64,000 bases of DNA from Pirellulales bacterium (GCA_019636335.1 JAHBXR010000007.1:109978-173977); one strand, 5' to 3'; positions 9,533-19,360 are shown, counted from the first letter of the stretch. Program-made: numbers and translations. Notes: a model not told the origin generated them from the sequence alone.

Positions 9533-11080
9533 CTACTGTCCCAGGTAAAAATTCGGCTGCACGACGACGGTGCGCGAGCCGGTGGTGCTGGGGGTACTCG
9601 GCGAGAGACGCACGGCGAGGGGTTGATCGACTTCGGCGGAACGCAGCGCAGCCTCGAGATCCCCGATGGCGCGAATCGGCTGCCGGCCGATCTGGTCGAT
9701 GATTTCGCCGCTCTTGATCTGTCCCGCGGCGGGACCTTGCGGATTGACCCACGTGACGACGAGCCCATGCCGGCGATGATTGATGCGGAGTCGCTTGGCG
9801 GTCTCCGCGTCGAGCCCGATCACCGTGAGTCCCAGCGAATCGACATCCCAGGCCTCGGCGTCTTGGTTGTCGCTCAACTGCGTTTCAGCCTGGTTCACCT
9901 CGGCGGGGGGGACCACCTGGCTGCGTTTTTCGAACTGGCTGCGATCGCCCACGCGCACCGTGACGGTTTTCTCCTGGCGGTCGCGGAAGATCAGTACCGG
10001 GATATCGCGATTCACTTCGGTCAGGCTGACCAGGTTGATCAGGTGGGAATCGCTTTCGATCCATTTGCCGTTGAATCGCAGAATGACGTCTCCCACGCGC
10101 AGATCGGCCGCTTCGGCGGGAGAGTTCGGCGTGATGCCGTTGATCAGGGCGCCGCGCGGTCGTGGCAAGCCCAGCTTGGCCGCTGCCGTCGGTCCGTAAT
10201 TGCGATCGAGGTGGACCCCCAGGAAGGCCCGCATCACGCTGCCGCGATCGATCAACTGCGTGGCGATCTGCTGCACCATGTTGATGGGAATGCTGAAGCC
10301 GATGCCTTCGTTGCCCCCCGAACTGCTGGCGATGGCGGTGTTGATGCCGACGACTTCGCCCCGCAGGTTGATGAGCGGACCTCCGCTGTTGCCGGGATTG
10401 ATAGCGGCATCGGTCTGGATGAAGTCCTGGAATTGGACCTGATCGCTCCCGAGCTCGAGATCGCGCCGGCCTTTGGCGCTGACGATGCCGAAGGTCACCG
10501 AATGGCTCAGGCCGAAGGGGCTGCCGACGGCGAGCACGAAGTCGCCGATCTCGAGGTCATCGCTATTGCCGAGCCGGGCCGGGACCAGGCCCGGGGCCGA
10601 GACGCTCATCACGGCGACATCGGTTTGCGCGTCGTACCAGACGCGGCTGGGATTCAGCACGCGCCCGTCCGACAGGCGGATGTTCACGTGATCGAGCGTG
10701 GCGTCGCGGATGACGTGCCAGTTGGTCAGCACGTAGAAGTCGTCGTGCAGGCGGAGCACGACCCCGGATCCGGCCTCTTCGATGGTGCGTTTGCCGCCGA
10801 TGCGCGTGCTGAGAGCGTCGGTCTTTTCGGTCTCGATGTGGACGACCGTCGGACCGACCAGCCGCACGACCAGCTTCAAGATGTGCGCGTGACGTTCGAG
10901 ATCGGAGACCTCGCGGCCGAGCTGTTCGTAGAGCTTGTCGCGCGTGGCCAGATCGGGCTCGGAAATGCCCAGGCTGTCTTGCGCGCGGACGGTCTCTGTT
11001 CCGCAGACCGTCGCGCACGCCAGAAGCAGCACCAGGCTGGCCGACCAGAGGGCCCTACCACGAGAGCGCCGCAAGATCAT
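9533..11080 (-). CDS. htrA: HtrA/DegP-family trypsin-like serine protease with two PDZ domains
   Basis: Catalytic motifs LTNWHVI, TDVAV, FIQTDAAINPGNSGGPL; signal peptide; two PDZ-like regions. Confidence 0.92.
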   Translation of the reverse strand: MILRRSRGRALWSASLVLLLACATVCGTETVRAQDSLGISEPDLATRDKLYEQLGREVSDLERHAHILKLVVRLVGPTVVHIETEKTDALSTRIGGKRTIEEAGSGVVLRLHDDFYVLTNWHVIRDATLDHVNIRLSDGRVLNPSRVWYDAQTDVAVMSVSAPGLVPARLGNSDDLEIGDFVLAVGSPFGLSHSVTFGIVSAKGRRDLELGSDQVQFQDFIQTDAAINPGNSGGPLINLRGEVVGINTAIASSSGGNEGIGFSIPINMVQQIATQLIDRGSVMRAFLGVHLDRNYGPTAAAKLGLPRPRGALINGITPNSPAEAADLRVGDVILRFNGKWIESDSHLINLVSLTEVNRDIPVLIFRDRQEKTVTVRVGDRSQFEKRSQVVPPAEVNQAETQLSDNQDAEAWDVDSLGLTVIGLDAETAKRLRINHRRHGLVVTWVNPQGPAAGQIKSGEIIDQIGRQPIRAIGDLEAALRSAEVDQPLAVRLSPSTPSTTGSRTVVVQPNFYLGQ

Positions 11081-11206
11081 CGACGGAGTCCTTCCCTAAC
11101 CATCGGATCGACCGGGAAGGGCACCAGCGCGCTGCCGCGCCTTGCGCCACGCGCAAGCTTCCGGTCGCGTGACCGCAATTCGATGCTCGCCTGCAGCCCA
11201 ACTCGC

Positions 11207-11653
11207 TCAGGAGACGTCGAGCTCGATGTCGTTGATCGACAGGTCCGCGTCGCCCGAGTTGTCGAGGACACGCCCCCAGTCGGCATCGCCGGCACCATGC
11301 CCGCCGAAGCGTTCGGCCTCGCGCTGGCATTCAATGCACATGGTGGCGTAGGGAAGTGCGTTGAGCCGGGCGACCGGGATTTTACCCCCGCACCCTTCGC
11401 ACACGCCGTACTGCCCAACGCGCATGCGTTCCAGGGCGTTCTCGATGCTGGCGAGCTCGCGGCTTTCGACTTCGGCCAGTTGCGAGTTGATTTCGTCCTG
11501 GGCCGAATCGAGCGCGGCATCGATGACGTCGCCGCTCGATTGCGAGCTGAGCTCTTTGAGCAGACTCAAATCGCCGGCCAGGGCCTTACGGAGAGCGTCT
11601 CGTCGAGTAATCAGCGCTTGGCGCATGGCCAAGATTGCGTCTTTGCGTGCCAT
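11207..11653 (-). CDS. dksA: TraR/DksA C4-type zinc-finger protein
   Basis: Within ORF 11207..11809, start at MARKDAIL. Coiled-coil tip DVIDAA (DxxDxA) and zinc finger CEGC...RLNALPYATMCIECQ. Confidence 0.88.
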   Translation of the reverse strand: MARKDAILAMRQALITRRDALRKALAGDLSLLKELSSQSSGDVIDAALDSAQDEINSQLAEVESRELASIENALERMRVGQYGVCEGCGGKIPVARLNALPYATMCIECQREAERFGGHGAGDADWGRVLDNSGDADLSINDIELDVS

Positions 11654-12207
11654 GATTGCTTCCCCTTGGTGTCCGATGGCGTGCTGCGTCGAAGGTGAAG
11701 CCCCCCTTCGAATAGCCGTTGTCGAACTCCGTGCTGTTTGCCTCGTTTCGGTTCCCTGACTACCAGTCGCAGGCCGCATATCCCGGAGAAGGGTTACCGC
11801 GGGCAGCAACCAAAATATAGTACGTGGGTCAACTCGAATGGGTCGCGAAAATGCGCACCCTGCCCGGGCCGACCGTCAGCGTCGAAATCGTGCCTCTAAA
11901 TACTTTGTAAATAAGAGTTTCCACCGGCGCTGGACTGCTTTTGCCCCGATCGAGGGGCCAGCCAGTCAAGGAGTTGGTCGCTCCGGCGGACACTTTCGTT
12001 CCGCCGAAACCGTAGTCCGGAAGAACTTTGCCCGGCGGGGGATTCTCGTGGAAGATTCCTACCCGCGACTTGGCTATGCAATAATCGGCAAATGCCACAG
12101 GCAGATGCAGTAGATTTTGCCGACTGCGGCGAAATCTGCCGATCGGGCAAGACGCGCCGCTGCCGGTGCCAGCGGCGCTGGCAGACCGCGCGGCCATCGT
12201 TCGGACG

Positions 12208-13767
12208 TCAGGGAGTGCCCCCTTCGATGCGCGTCACGAACGCCTGTCCCGTCACCGTGCTGCGGCGAAGAAAGATGTGCAGCGCGGGGGGGCCATCGTA
12301 GATCCACTGCTCGCTGATCGAGTTCTGCGTGGCGACGCGCGCCACGCGGTCGGGGCGGCGGAGACGAGCCAGCACCGTGGCCTCGGGCACCCCGGCGGCG
12401 AGCGCCGGCGGCTCGGCCGCCGGTGCGGACTGATTTTCGCCCGACTTATCGGTCGGCGGTATCCACGTACCACCCCGCTCGGTGTAGCCGAGTTCTCCGA
12501 GCGTCATCCTGGCTTCGCCCAGATCGGGCACGATACGCAGCGCCTCGATCAACAGGTTGGCGGCCGCCGAGCGATCGGCCAGCAACTCGCGATACTCGTC
12601 GGCGAGCATGAGCCGCCCTTCGGCGTCGTTCGAAGCGAGACCCTGACGCTGCGTTTGCAGCCAGCGCTCGACGACGGCTCGCGAGGCTGCCTCTTCTTGC
12701 AGTTCGGCGAGATCGTCGCGCAGACGTAGTAGTTCGGCGCGGGTGAGCGTGGTCGCCAGGGCGGCACGCTGCCGCACCGCCAAGAGGCGCAGTTGCCGAA
12801 TCGTGTCGGGGCGATCGGGAATCTCCTGCTTCGCCAGCGCGATGAGGCTATCGAGTTGGTCGCCACTCAGTTGGGTTCCCTGACGTTCGAAGGCCCCCGC
12901 GACGAGATGGGCCCACAGGGCACGGGCGGCCTGGCGTTGTTCGTCGCGCGAGAGCTCGGCCCAGATTCCTGCCGGATCGGCAAGGTACTTCGCGGCCCAG
13001 TCGAGGCGTTCGGCCGCCAAAGGAACGTCCGTCCCCGGCAGCAACTCGCGGACTCGTTCGGCCGCGGCCAGTCGCGCTTGCGGATCGGCCGCCGATCCCC
13101 GTTTGACGAGCAACAGGCAGACCTGGTGTCGCAGATGGTTCGCCCGCTCTGGCGCCAAGCCAGTGGCTTCGCCCCAGGTGGCAAGGTAGAGCAGCCGGTC
13201 GACATCGTTCAAGCGACCGGCTTCCTCGGCTGCCCAGGCAAAGGCCTCGCGGAACGCCTCGGCCGAGGCCCGTTTCAGAGCGCGATCGTGATACCAACGG
13301 GCCTGTTGCCCTCCCCAACGTGCGAGCGCGTAGAGTGATTGGTAATTTCCTGGCGTGATGCGCCCGCGCATTTGGGCAAATCGTTCGAGATCGGGGGGCA
13401 AGGCACGGAACGATTCGACGCGAAACACCGGCCGCGGCAGTCCGCGGGTCAACTGCCCTTCGACGACAATCCCCTGCATCGAGCGCCGTACCTGGCCGGC
13501 GAATTGGCCCAGTTGGAATTCGATGGGGGAGTCGACGAGATAAAGCTTGCCGGCGCCGGCCGAGCGGAATCGCCCTTCGATCTCGACCTGTTTGCCTACC
13601 TGGGCTGAGAGGTCTTTTTGATATTCGTGGATCTCGACGGCCGCGCTGTCGCTGGCCCACAAGGAAACCAGCAGCATCGTGACCGTCAGCCACGATGCCG
13701 CGAACTTCGCACCACGGTGTTGGCAATGCGTGCCGTGGACGGAGACTGCTACGGAGGTGATCTTCAT
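12208..13767 (-). CDS. Hypothetical exported protein (N-terminal OB-like beta region, helical middle)
   Basis: Within ORF 12208..14070. ATG 13767 overlaps the stop of the upstream gene (ATGA coupling). Signal-like hydrophobic segment (WLTVTMLLVSLWASDSAA). Confidence 0.7.
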   Translation of the reverse strand: MKITSVAVSVHGTHCQHRGAKFAASWLTVTMLLVSLWASDSAAVEIHEYQKDLSAQVGKQVEIEGRFRSAGAGKLYLVDSPIEFQLGQFAGQVRRSMQGIVVEGQLTRGLPRPVFRVESFRALPPDLERFAQMRGRITPGNYQSLYALARWGGQQARWYHDRALKRASAEAFREAFAWAAEEAGRLNDVDRLLYLATWGEATGLAPERANHLRHQVCLLLVKRGSAADPQARLAAAERVRELLPGTDVPLAAERLDWAAKYLADPAGIWAELSRDEQRQAARALWAHLVAGAFERQGTQLSGDQLDSLIALAKQEIPDRPDTIRQLRLLAVRQRAALATTLTRAELLRLRDDLAELQEEAASRAVVERWLQTQRQGLASNDAEGRLMLADEYRELLADRSAAANLLIEALRIVPDLGEARMTLGELGYTERGGTWIPPTDKSGENQSAPAAEPPALAAGVPEATVLARLRRPDRVARVATQNSISEQWIYDGPPALHIFLRRSTVTGQAFVTRIEGGTP

Positions 13768-14909
13768 GGCGTCTCTCCCCTCACCCAGCCGCGCTGCTGC
13801 GCGAGCACGGGGTCGATCGGATCGGACGTTGGCCAGTTCGCTCGGTGCAACGGCTCGGCGAAAGTGAGCAACGCCACGCTCCCCGGCCGAACGACGATCT
13901 TCCATGGTTCTTGTGGCGCGCGGGGTGCTTCCAGCTTCTCGAGCTCGGCGCCAAATAGGATCCGCGTGGGCGTGCCCGGCTCCAGCCGATCGAAGGCCGG
14001 CTCGCGCTGCAGCTTCAACACCACACGGCCTCGCTCGCCGATCAACGACCACTCGACATGAGGGCCCCACTGCCCGGCCGATTCGGCGCCCCCTCCTGCG
14101 GCGTTGGCCTCGTCGCGGGTGACCCAGGCCTCGATGATGACGGTCCGGCCGCCAAACAGACGGTCGAACTCTGCCTGGACCTCAGTGGTTTTGATGCGTC
14201 CTTGATCGTCGTCGGCGCGATCGATCGTTTCGGTCAACGCATCGAGCGACGTCAGGGCGAGCCGCGACCAGATCTGTACCTCGCGGTCGAGTTGCAGGGC
14301 GGCGCGTCCTCGTTCGGAATCATCGCCCAAGATGCGAGCGGCTTGGGCCGCGGCGCGAGCGCGATCGGCAGCCGTGAGCCAGTCTCCCGCGAGAAAGGCT
14401 TTTTCTGCTTCTTCGCCCGCCACGTTCAGCACCTGGTCGTAATGTGATTGCCGTCGCACGTGCCAGGCCAGGGCGATCGCCAGCATGACTCCCAACGTCG
14501 CCAGCAAGAGGCCGACCCGACCGCGCGAGAAGAAGGGACTTCGCGGGCGCGCAAGGCCAGCGACGCTCTGGACCGAACGGCGGCGGAGGCCCCAGTTGCG
14601 ACGGCCAGGCGCGACACCGTCGACCGGCCTGTGGGGGGCGTGCGATGGGGACCGCGCTGCGGCGGCATCTGCCGGGGCTCGACGGACGACGGCGTCCGAG
14701 CCGATGGCGCTCGGGCGCGGGCGTGGGTTTCGTGGCAGGACGAACAGGACCGTCCCACACGCGGGACAAGCCACTTCGCGATGCGATTTGTGCCGGCGAC
14801 CACGAATCACGCGTCGGCACTCGCACAGCAAGGCAAACGATTGTTCGCCCTGGAGGGCCGGCTGCCACGGTGGAGCGGACGGATCGGTGCTCGCGTGTTT
14901 GGCAGCCAA
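13764..14909 (-). CDS. Hypothetical single-pass membrane protein with an N-terminal zinc-ribbon-like motif
   Basis: ORF 13764..15053. Likely TTG start at 14909 after GGGGAAGAG (start uncertain). CEC...CPAC motif and TM segment VGLLLATLGVMLAIALAW. Translationally coupled to the downstream gene. Confidence 0.65.
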   Translation of the reverse strand: MAAKHASTDPSAPPWQPALQGEQSFALLCECRRVIRGRRHKSHREVACPACGTVLFVLPRNPRPRPSAIGSDAVVRRAPADAAAARSPSHAPHRPVDGVAPGRRNWGLRRRSVQSVAGLARPRSPFFSRGRVGLLLATLGVMLAIALAWHVRRQSHYDQVLNVAGEEAEKAFLAGDWLTAADRARAAAQAARILGDDSERGRAALQLDREVQIWSRLALTSLDALTETIDRADDDQGRIKTTEVQAEFDRLFGGRTVIIEAWVTRDEANAAGGGAESAGQWGPHVEWSLIGERGRVVLKLQREPAFDRLEPGTPTRILFGAELEKLEAPRAPQEPWKIVVRPGSVALLTFAEPLHRANWPTSDPIDPVLAQQRGWVRGETP

Positions 14910-15101
14910 AAGCTCTTCCCCGATTCCCGTCCGCGAGCCACTCCCCAGCCTGTCGAGGCACTGTCTGCGGGCTGTTCCGATTATAGCGAGCCTGTCGATT
15001 GCCGCTTTGACCGGGCTCGCCCTGCAAGCTACATGCTCTGGGCGACTACGCACTTACGTCGTGTGGAAGAATTTCCACACCCCCAGCAGGAGAAGCGAGC
15101 A

Positions 15102-17702
15102 ATGGTAGGCGTGTCTGAGCGGCAGAGCAGCGAGGGACTCCTGGGAGCGCGATCGCACGAGTTGGTGCTGCGCGTCAGCGGCGGTCCGCGAGATGGTCAC
15201 GTCGTGCGGCTCTCGTCGACGAAGTGTGCCGTTGGTTCCGCTCCCAACTGCACGCTACGGCTGCGTGGCGCCGGTTTCCAACCGCTGCACTGCCTGATTC
15301 TGCGGGGCGCCGAGCGTACGACGATCCGCTCCTGGTCGCGCGATACCCGGCTCAACGGCCGCGCGTTCGACGATGCCCACCTCGAGGCGGGCGATCGCCT
15401 GTCGGTGGGCCCCCTGGAATTTGACGTCGTGGAGACGGGCGCGCTCGCCGGCGACGTCGAGACGACCACCTTGCCCTGCCCTGCCGCCGACGCGGTACCG
15501 GCGCAAGCTGCCTCGCTCGATTCGGCCGCGGCGCTCCTCGAGGCGAACCGCACCGAGATCGCTCGCTTGCGAGCGGACTTGGAAGCGGAACAAAACGCTT
15601 TCGAAACGAGCATGCGCGATCAGCTTCTTGCCTTCGAAGCGCAACAGACCGCCTGGGAAGCGACCTGCAACCAAACCCGCGACACGAGCGAAGCCGAACA
15701 TCAAGCACGTTTGTCGCTGCTCGAAGCTCGCGAAGCTCAACTGTGCGAGCGCGAAACACAACTGGCACGGCAACTCGACGGATCGCAGCAGGGCCAGTCG
15801 CTACTCGAGCAAGAACGGCAGCAGATCGACGCGCAGCGCCAGGCAGCGGAGTCGCAGTGGGCCGAGCTCGCCGCGACGCAAAGCGAGCTCGCGCGTCAGA
15901 CCGAAGAACTGATCTCACGGCAACAGGCCAACCACGACCTGCAGCAACGGCTCGAGCAAGAACGGGCCGATCTGCAAGTCCGCCGCGAGGAACTCGAAGG
16001 GCAGCGTGCGGCCTTCGACTTGCAGCATGCCGAGCTCGAGCAACAGCGGGCACAACTCGAATCGGCCCTCGCCGAGCAGCAGAACGCCGAGCGCCAGCAG
16101 ACGGGAGACGTCGAGCAGGCACGGGCCCGCTATGAAGCGGAGCAGCAACGTTTGGCCGACGAGCTGTCCGCGCTGGCCGCCCGGTTGTCGACTGCCGAGC
16201 AGTTGACCGCCTCGTTACGTGCCGAGAAAGAAACCGCCGATACGGACCGGGCGACCGCCCAGCAGCAGGTTGCCGAGTTGCAACGACAATTCGACGAGCA
16301 GAACGAGCAACTCGTCCAGCTTCGCGAACAGCTTGCTCACCACGAGCAGCAGGCGAGCGAGCAGAGCCAGCGCAGCGACGATCTTGGCAGCGACGATCTT
16401 GGCAGCGACGATCTTGGCAGCGAACTTGCCGAACGCGAGCGTCAATTGACAGAGATGGCGGCCGAGCTGCAAACGCTACGAGCAGCGATTGCCACGGCAG
16501 AAGGCCAAGGCTTGGCAATGGCCGAGCAGGAGTCGCGACTCGAGTTGCTCAAGGCCACGCTAGAAGAGGCCGCGCAGAAATTGGAGAGCGAGAAGACTTC
16601 GTTCGATCGAGAGCGACGCGAATGGAACGACGACCGCACGGCCGAGGAGACCCGCTTGCGCGACGATCGAGAGCGTCATCAGTCGCTCGAGGCACGCCTG
16701 CAAGAGGAACGGCAGAACTTGTCCGATCTGCAACGCGAACTGGAAGAAGAACGCAAGGCCATTGAACTGTTGCGCGGCGCGCTTAAGCCAGAGGAGCCTC
16801 AGCCTTCCGAGGAAAAGCTGACCGTGGCGCAGTTGCTGCGCGACAGCCAGAGCGAAGGGGAAACCGACTCGACGTTCCAGCAGGAAGCGGAAGAGGCGAT
16901 CGATTTCAGTGCTCCCAAGGCGGAGGCGCCCCTGAATACGAGCGATCTGTTTCGTCGTTTAGGCATTGCCACGCAAGACGCCGAGGAGAATGAGGAGGAA
17001 CTAGAGGCATTTCGACGTATGAGCGCCGGAGCGAACGAGCGATCGCGACAGGTCTCGCGCCCCGAGCTGCCCCCCGTCGTGGCCGCCCCGCCCCAGGTGA
17101 AGGGAGAAGAGCAGGAGGAGTCGATCGAAGAGTACATGCAGAAGCTGCTGCAACGTACGCGTCGGGCAGGAGATGTTCCGTCGTCCGTCGCCAGCTACAC
17201 GCCGGCGCCGGTAGTCGAAGAGAAGCCGACGAAGGTTGTCGAGCCGAAACGCGAGGCGGCAGATGCATCCGCCGCTCCCGAAGTCCCCGAAGAGGAACGT
17301 CCCGTCCGTCCGCGGCCGACCGCGCCCGAGCGGGGCAAGGATATGTCAGGCCTGCGCGAGATCGCCAATCTTTCCGCGCGCGGCGCCATTGCCACGTTCG
17401 ATCGCAAGAAGCGCAAGCACGCCGTGCTCGGCCGCTGTGTGATGGCGATCGGCATGTTGGTATTGAGCGTGGTTTTGCTGGTAATGTGCCAGCACGATCC
17501 ACTGTTCTACTATTGCGGTCTAGTCGGCATCGTCTTCGGTATGCTCTCGTCGGGCTACGCCATGGCCTCGATCGTACGGTTCCACGCTCAAAGGCGTTCG
17601 TCGCGAGCTTCTCGTGCCGAAGAGGGGGGCGACGAACAGCAGGCCGTGGCGGAAGAAACGGCCACGCCGATCGTCGCCGCCGAACCGGCCGACGTGCAGT
17701 AA
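15102..17702 (+). CDS. FHA-like domain + long coiled coil + two C-terminal TM helices
   Basis: Within ORF 14448..17702; ATG 15102 follows AGGAGAAG. FHA-like VGSAPNCTLRL...LHCLIL...TRLNG...LEAGDRLSVGPLEF, then several hundred residues of E/Q/R/L heptad sequence and two hydrophobic helices near the C-terminus. Confidence 0.8.
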   Translation: MVGVSERQSSEGLLGARSHELVLRVSGGPRDGHVVRLSSTKCAVGSAPNCTLRLRGAGFQPLHCLILRGAERTTIRSWSRDTRLNGRAFDDAHLEAGDRLSVGPLEFDVVETGALAGDVETTTLPCPAADAVPAQAASLDSAAALLEANRTEIARLRADLEAEQNAFETSMRDQLLAFEAQQTAWEATCNQTRDTSEAEHQARLSLLEAREAQLCERETQLARQLDGSQQGQSLLEQERQQIDAQRQAAESQWAELAATQSELARQTEELISRQQANHDLQQRLEQERADLQVRREELEGQRAAFDLQHAELEQQRAQLESALAEQQNAERQQTGDVEQARARYEAEQQRLADELSALAARLSTAEQLTASLRAEKETADTDRATAQQQVAELQRQFDEQNEQLVQLREQLAHHEQQASEQSQRSDDLGSDDLGSDDLGSELAERERQLTEMAAELQTLRAAIATAEGQGLAMAEQESRLELLKATLEEAAQKLESEKTSFDRERREWNDDRTAEETRLRDDRERHQSLEARLQEERQNLSDLQRELEEERKAIELLRGALKPEEPQPSEEKLTVAQLLRDSQSEGETDSTFQQEAEEAIDFSAPKAEAPLNTSDLFRRLGIATQDAEENEEELEAFRRMSAGANERSRQVSRPELPPVVAAPPQVKGEEQEESIEEYMQKLLQRTRRAGDVPSSVASYTPAPVVEEKPTKVVEPKREAADASAAPEVPEEERPVRPRPTAPERGKDMSGLREIANLSARGAIATFDRKKRKHAVLGRCVMAIGMLVLSVVLLVMCQHDPLFYYCGLVGIVFGMLSSGYAMASIVRFHAQRRSSRASRAEEGGDEQQAVAEETATPIVAAEPADVQ
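16372..16423 (+). repeat. In-frame 15-bp tandem repeat (GCAGCGACGATCTTG x3 plus partial), encoding (SDDLG)x3
   Basis: Three exact copies at 16372, 16387 and 16402, read directly from the sequence. Confidence 0.95.
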
Positions 17703-17836
17703 ACCATGCTGCCTCGCATCGCTCGGTGGCGGTCGCTTGACGCCCGGCGATTGCCCCGCCAGACTTGCATTTTCTTTGGGCCCCGCCTGGCTGGTGGGGC
17801 CGGCGGTTTCTCGAGTGCCTGGCTGCGAGTTGAGTG

Positions 17837-18934
17837 ATGAAAAAGGTCGGCGTGGGTCTGGTCGGGAGCGGTTTCGTCACGAGCATCCACTACGAGTCGT
17901 TCGAGTACGTGGCCGCCGCCGAGGTGTTGGCGGTCGCCAGTCCCACGCTCGAGAACGTTCGTGCTTTTGCCGAGAAACGCGGTATCCCGCGCTGGTTCGT
18001 CGATTACCGCCAGATGCTCGAGATGCCCGAGATCGAGATGGTCGTCTTCGGCATTCCGAACGACTTTCACTGCGAGGCCGTGCTGGCCGCCGCGGCCGCG
18101 GGCAAGCACGTGGTGCTCGAGAAGCCGATGGCGATGAACCTGGCCGAGTGCGATCGCATGATCGAAGCGTGTCGCAAAGCCAACGTCAAGCTGATGTACG
18201 CCGAAGAGCTGTGCTTCACGCCCAAGTACGTGCGCCTCAAGCAACTGGTCGAGTCGGGGGCGCTCGGCAAGCCCCACCTGCTCAAACAGTGCGAAAAGCA
18301 CGACGGCCCCCACTCTTCCTGGTTCTGGGACGTGAATCGTAGCGGCGGTGGCGTCACCTTCGACATGGGCTGCCACGCCTTCGAGTTCTTCCGCTGGATC
18401 CTCTCGGGGCCCGACTGCAAGAACCGTCCGCAGGCGACGAGCGTCTATGCCCAGATGAATACGAACGTGCATGGCGACAAGACGCGGGGAGACGACGATG
18501 CGATCATCATCGTCGAGTTCGAGGGGGGCTGCGTCGGACTGGCCGAGGAGAGCTGGACCAAGGCCGGCGGTATGGATGACCGCGCCGAGGTGTTCGGTTC
18601 CGGAGGCGTCGCCTATGCCGACCTGCTGCGCGGCAACTCGATTCACACCTATTCCAAAGCGGGTTACGACTACGCCGTCGAGAAAGCCGGCTCGACCCAG
18701 GGCTGGAGCTTTACGATCTATGAGGAGGCGTGGAACTACGGCTTCCCGCAGGAGATGCAGCACTTCACCGAGTGCGTGCGCGACGACAAGGAGCCGATCG
18801 TCACGGGCGAGGATGGCCGCGCCGTGCTCGAGATCGTCATGGCGGCCTACGCCTCGGCCGGCCAGGGACGCAAGATCGAGCTCCCCTTCAAGACCGACGC
18901 CCAGCGTCCGATCGATCTCTGGCGGCCGAGCTGA
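17837..18934 (+). CDS. Gfo/Idh/MocA-family oxidoreductase
   Basis: Rossmann motif VGVGLVGSGFV, GKHVVLEKPMA, and GGGVTFDMGCH. Confidence 0.92.
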   Translation: MKKVGVGLVGSGFVTSIHYESFEYVAAAEVLAVASPTLENVRAFAEKRGIPRWFVDYRQMLEMPEIEMVVFGIPNDFHCEAVLAAAAAGKHVVLEKPMAMNLAECDRMIEACRKANVKLMYAEELCFTPKYVRLKQLVESGALGKPHLLKQCEKHDGPHSSWFWDVNRSGGGVTFDMGCHAFEFFRWILSGPDCKNRPQATSVYAQMNTNVHGDKTRGDDDAIIIVEFEGGCVGLAEESWTKAGGMDDRAEVFGSGGVAYADLLRGNSIHTYSKAGYDYAVEKAGSTQGWSFTIYEEAWNYGFPQEMQHFTECVRDDKEPIVTGEDGRAVLEIVMAAYASAGQGRKIELPFKTDAQRPIDLWRPS

Positions 18935-18979
18935 TCCAACGGGACGTCCTCCGCGTTTCCGAGCGCCCCCGCTCACGCT

Positions 18980-19141
18980 TTTTGAAGTTGCGCTTTTCAA
19001 GGTTTTTTGGCCTCGATCCTCGGCAAATCAGCCCATCCTAACCCGACGCGTCAGCGAGGGGATTCCTGCAAAGAACGTCGAGCAAAGTGCTCCCTCGCTG
19101 ACGCTTCGGGTTACGATTCCGCGAAAAGCGCAACTTCAAAA
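18980..19141. mobile_element. Non-autonomous MITE/REP-like nested inverted-repeat element, copy 1
   Basis: Perfect 19-bp terminal inverted repeats TTTTGAAGTTGCGCTTTTC (18980-18998 / 19123-19141). Inner 22-bp stem TAACCCGA(C/A)GCGTCAGCGAGGG (19039-19060 / 19092-19113, one mismatch). About 120 bp is near-identical to the reverse complement of 41217-41340. Confidence 0.75.
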
Positions 19142-19248
19142 CCCATGCTTGGCGGCTACACGCTTTCATTGGGTCACCGCCATGCCGGGCAAAATCGCGG
19201 TCAAGCCGGGGTCTTTCCGCGGCCGAAAGCATTACTGTACAAACGCTA

Positions 19249-19276
19249 TTGACTCTGTACACCCGTATATTATGCT
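19249..19276 (+). promoter_or_regulatory. Sigma70-like lexA promoter with a candidate LexA operator between the -35 and -10 boxes
   Basis: TTGACT (19249-54), 16-nt spacer, TATGCT (19271-76). Imperfect palindrome TGTAC-ACCC-GTATA at 19256-19269. Confidence 0.55.
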
Positions 19277-19360
19277 AGAGATAGGTTTACGGGTTGATTG
19301 AGTTGCCGCCGGGTTGATCCTTGTGCGGCAAGCCTCCTGCCAGGAGAGAGGATCACGGCC

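Noticed and set aside
11830-12200. Intergenic region upstream of dksA with small hairpins and an AT-rich patch
   Set aside because: The stems are short, with no clear promoter-terminator pair or riboswitch consensus. Not enough to call an RNA.
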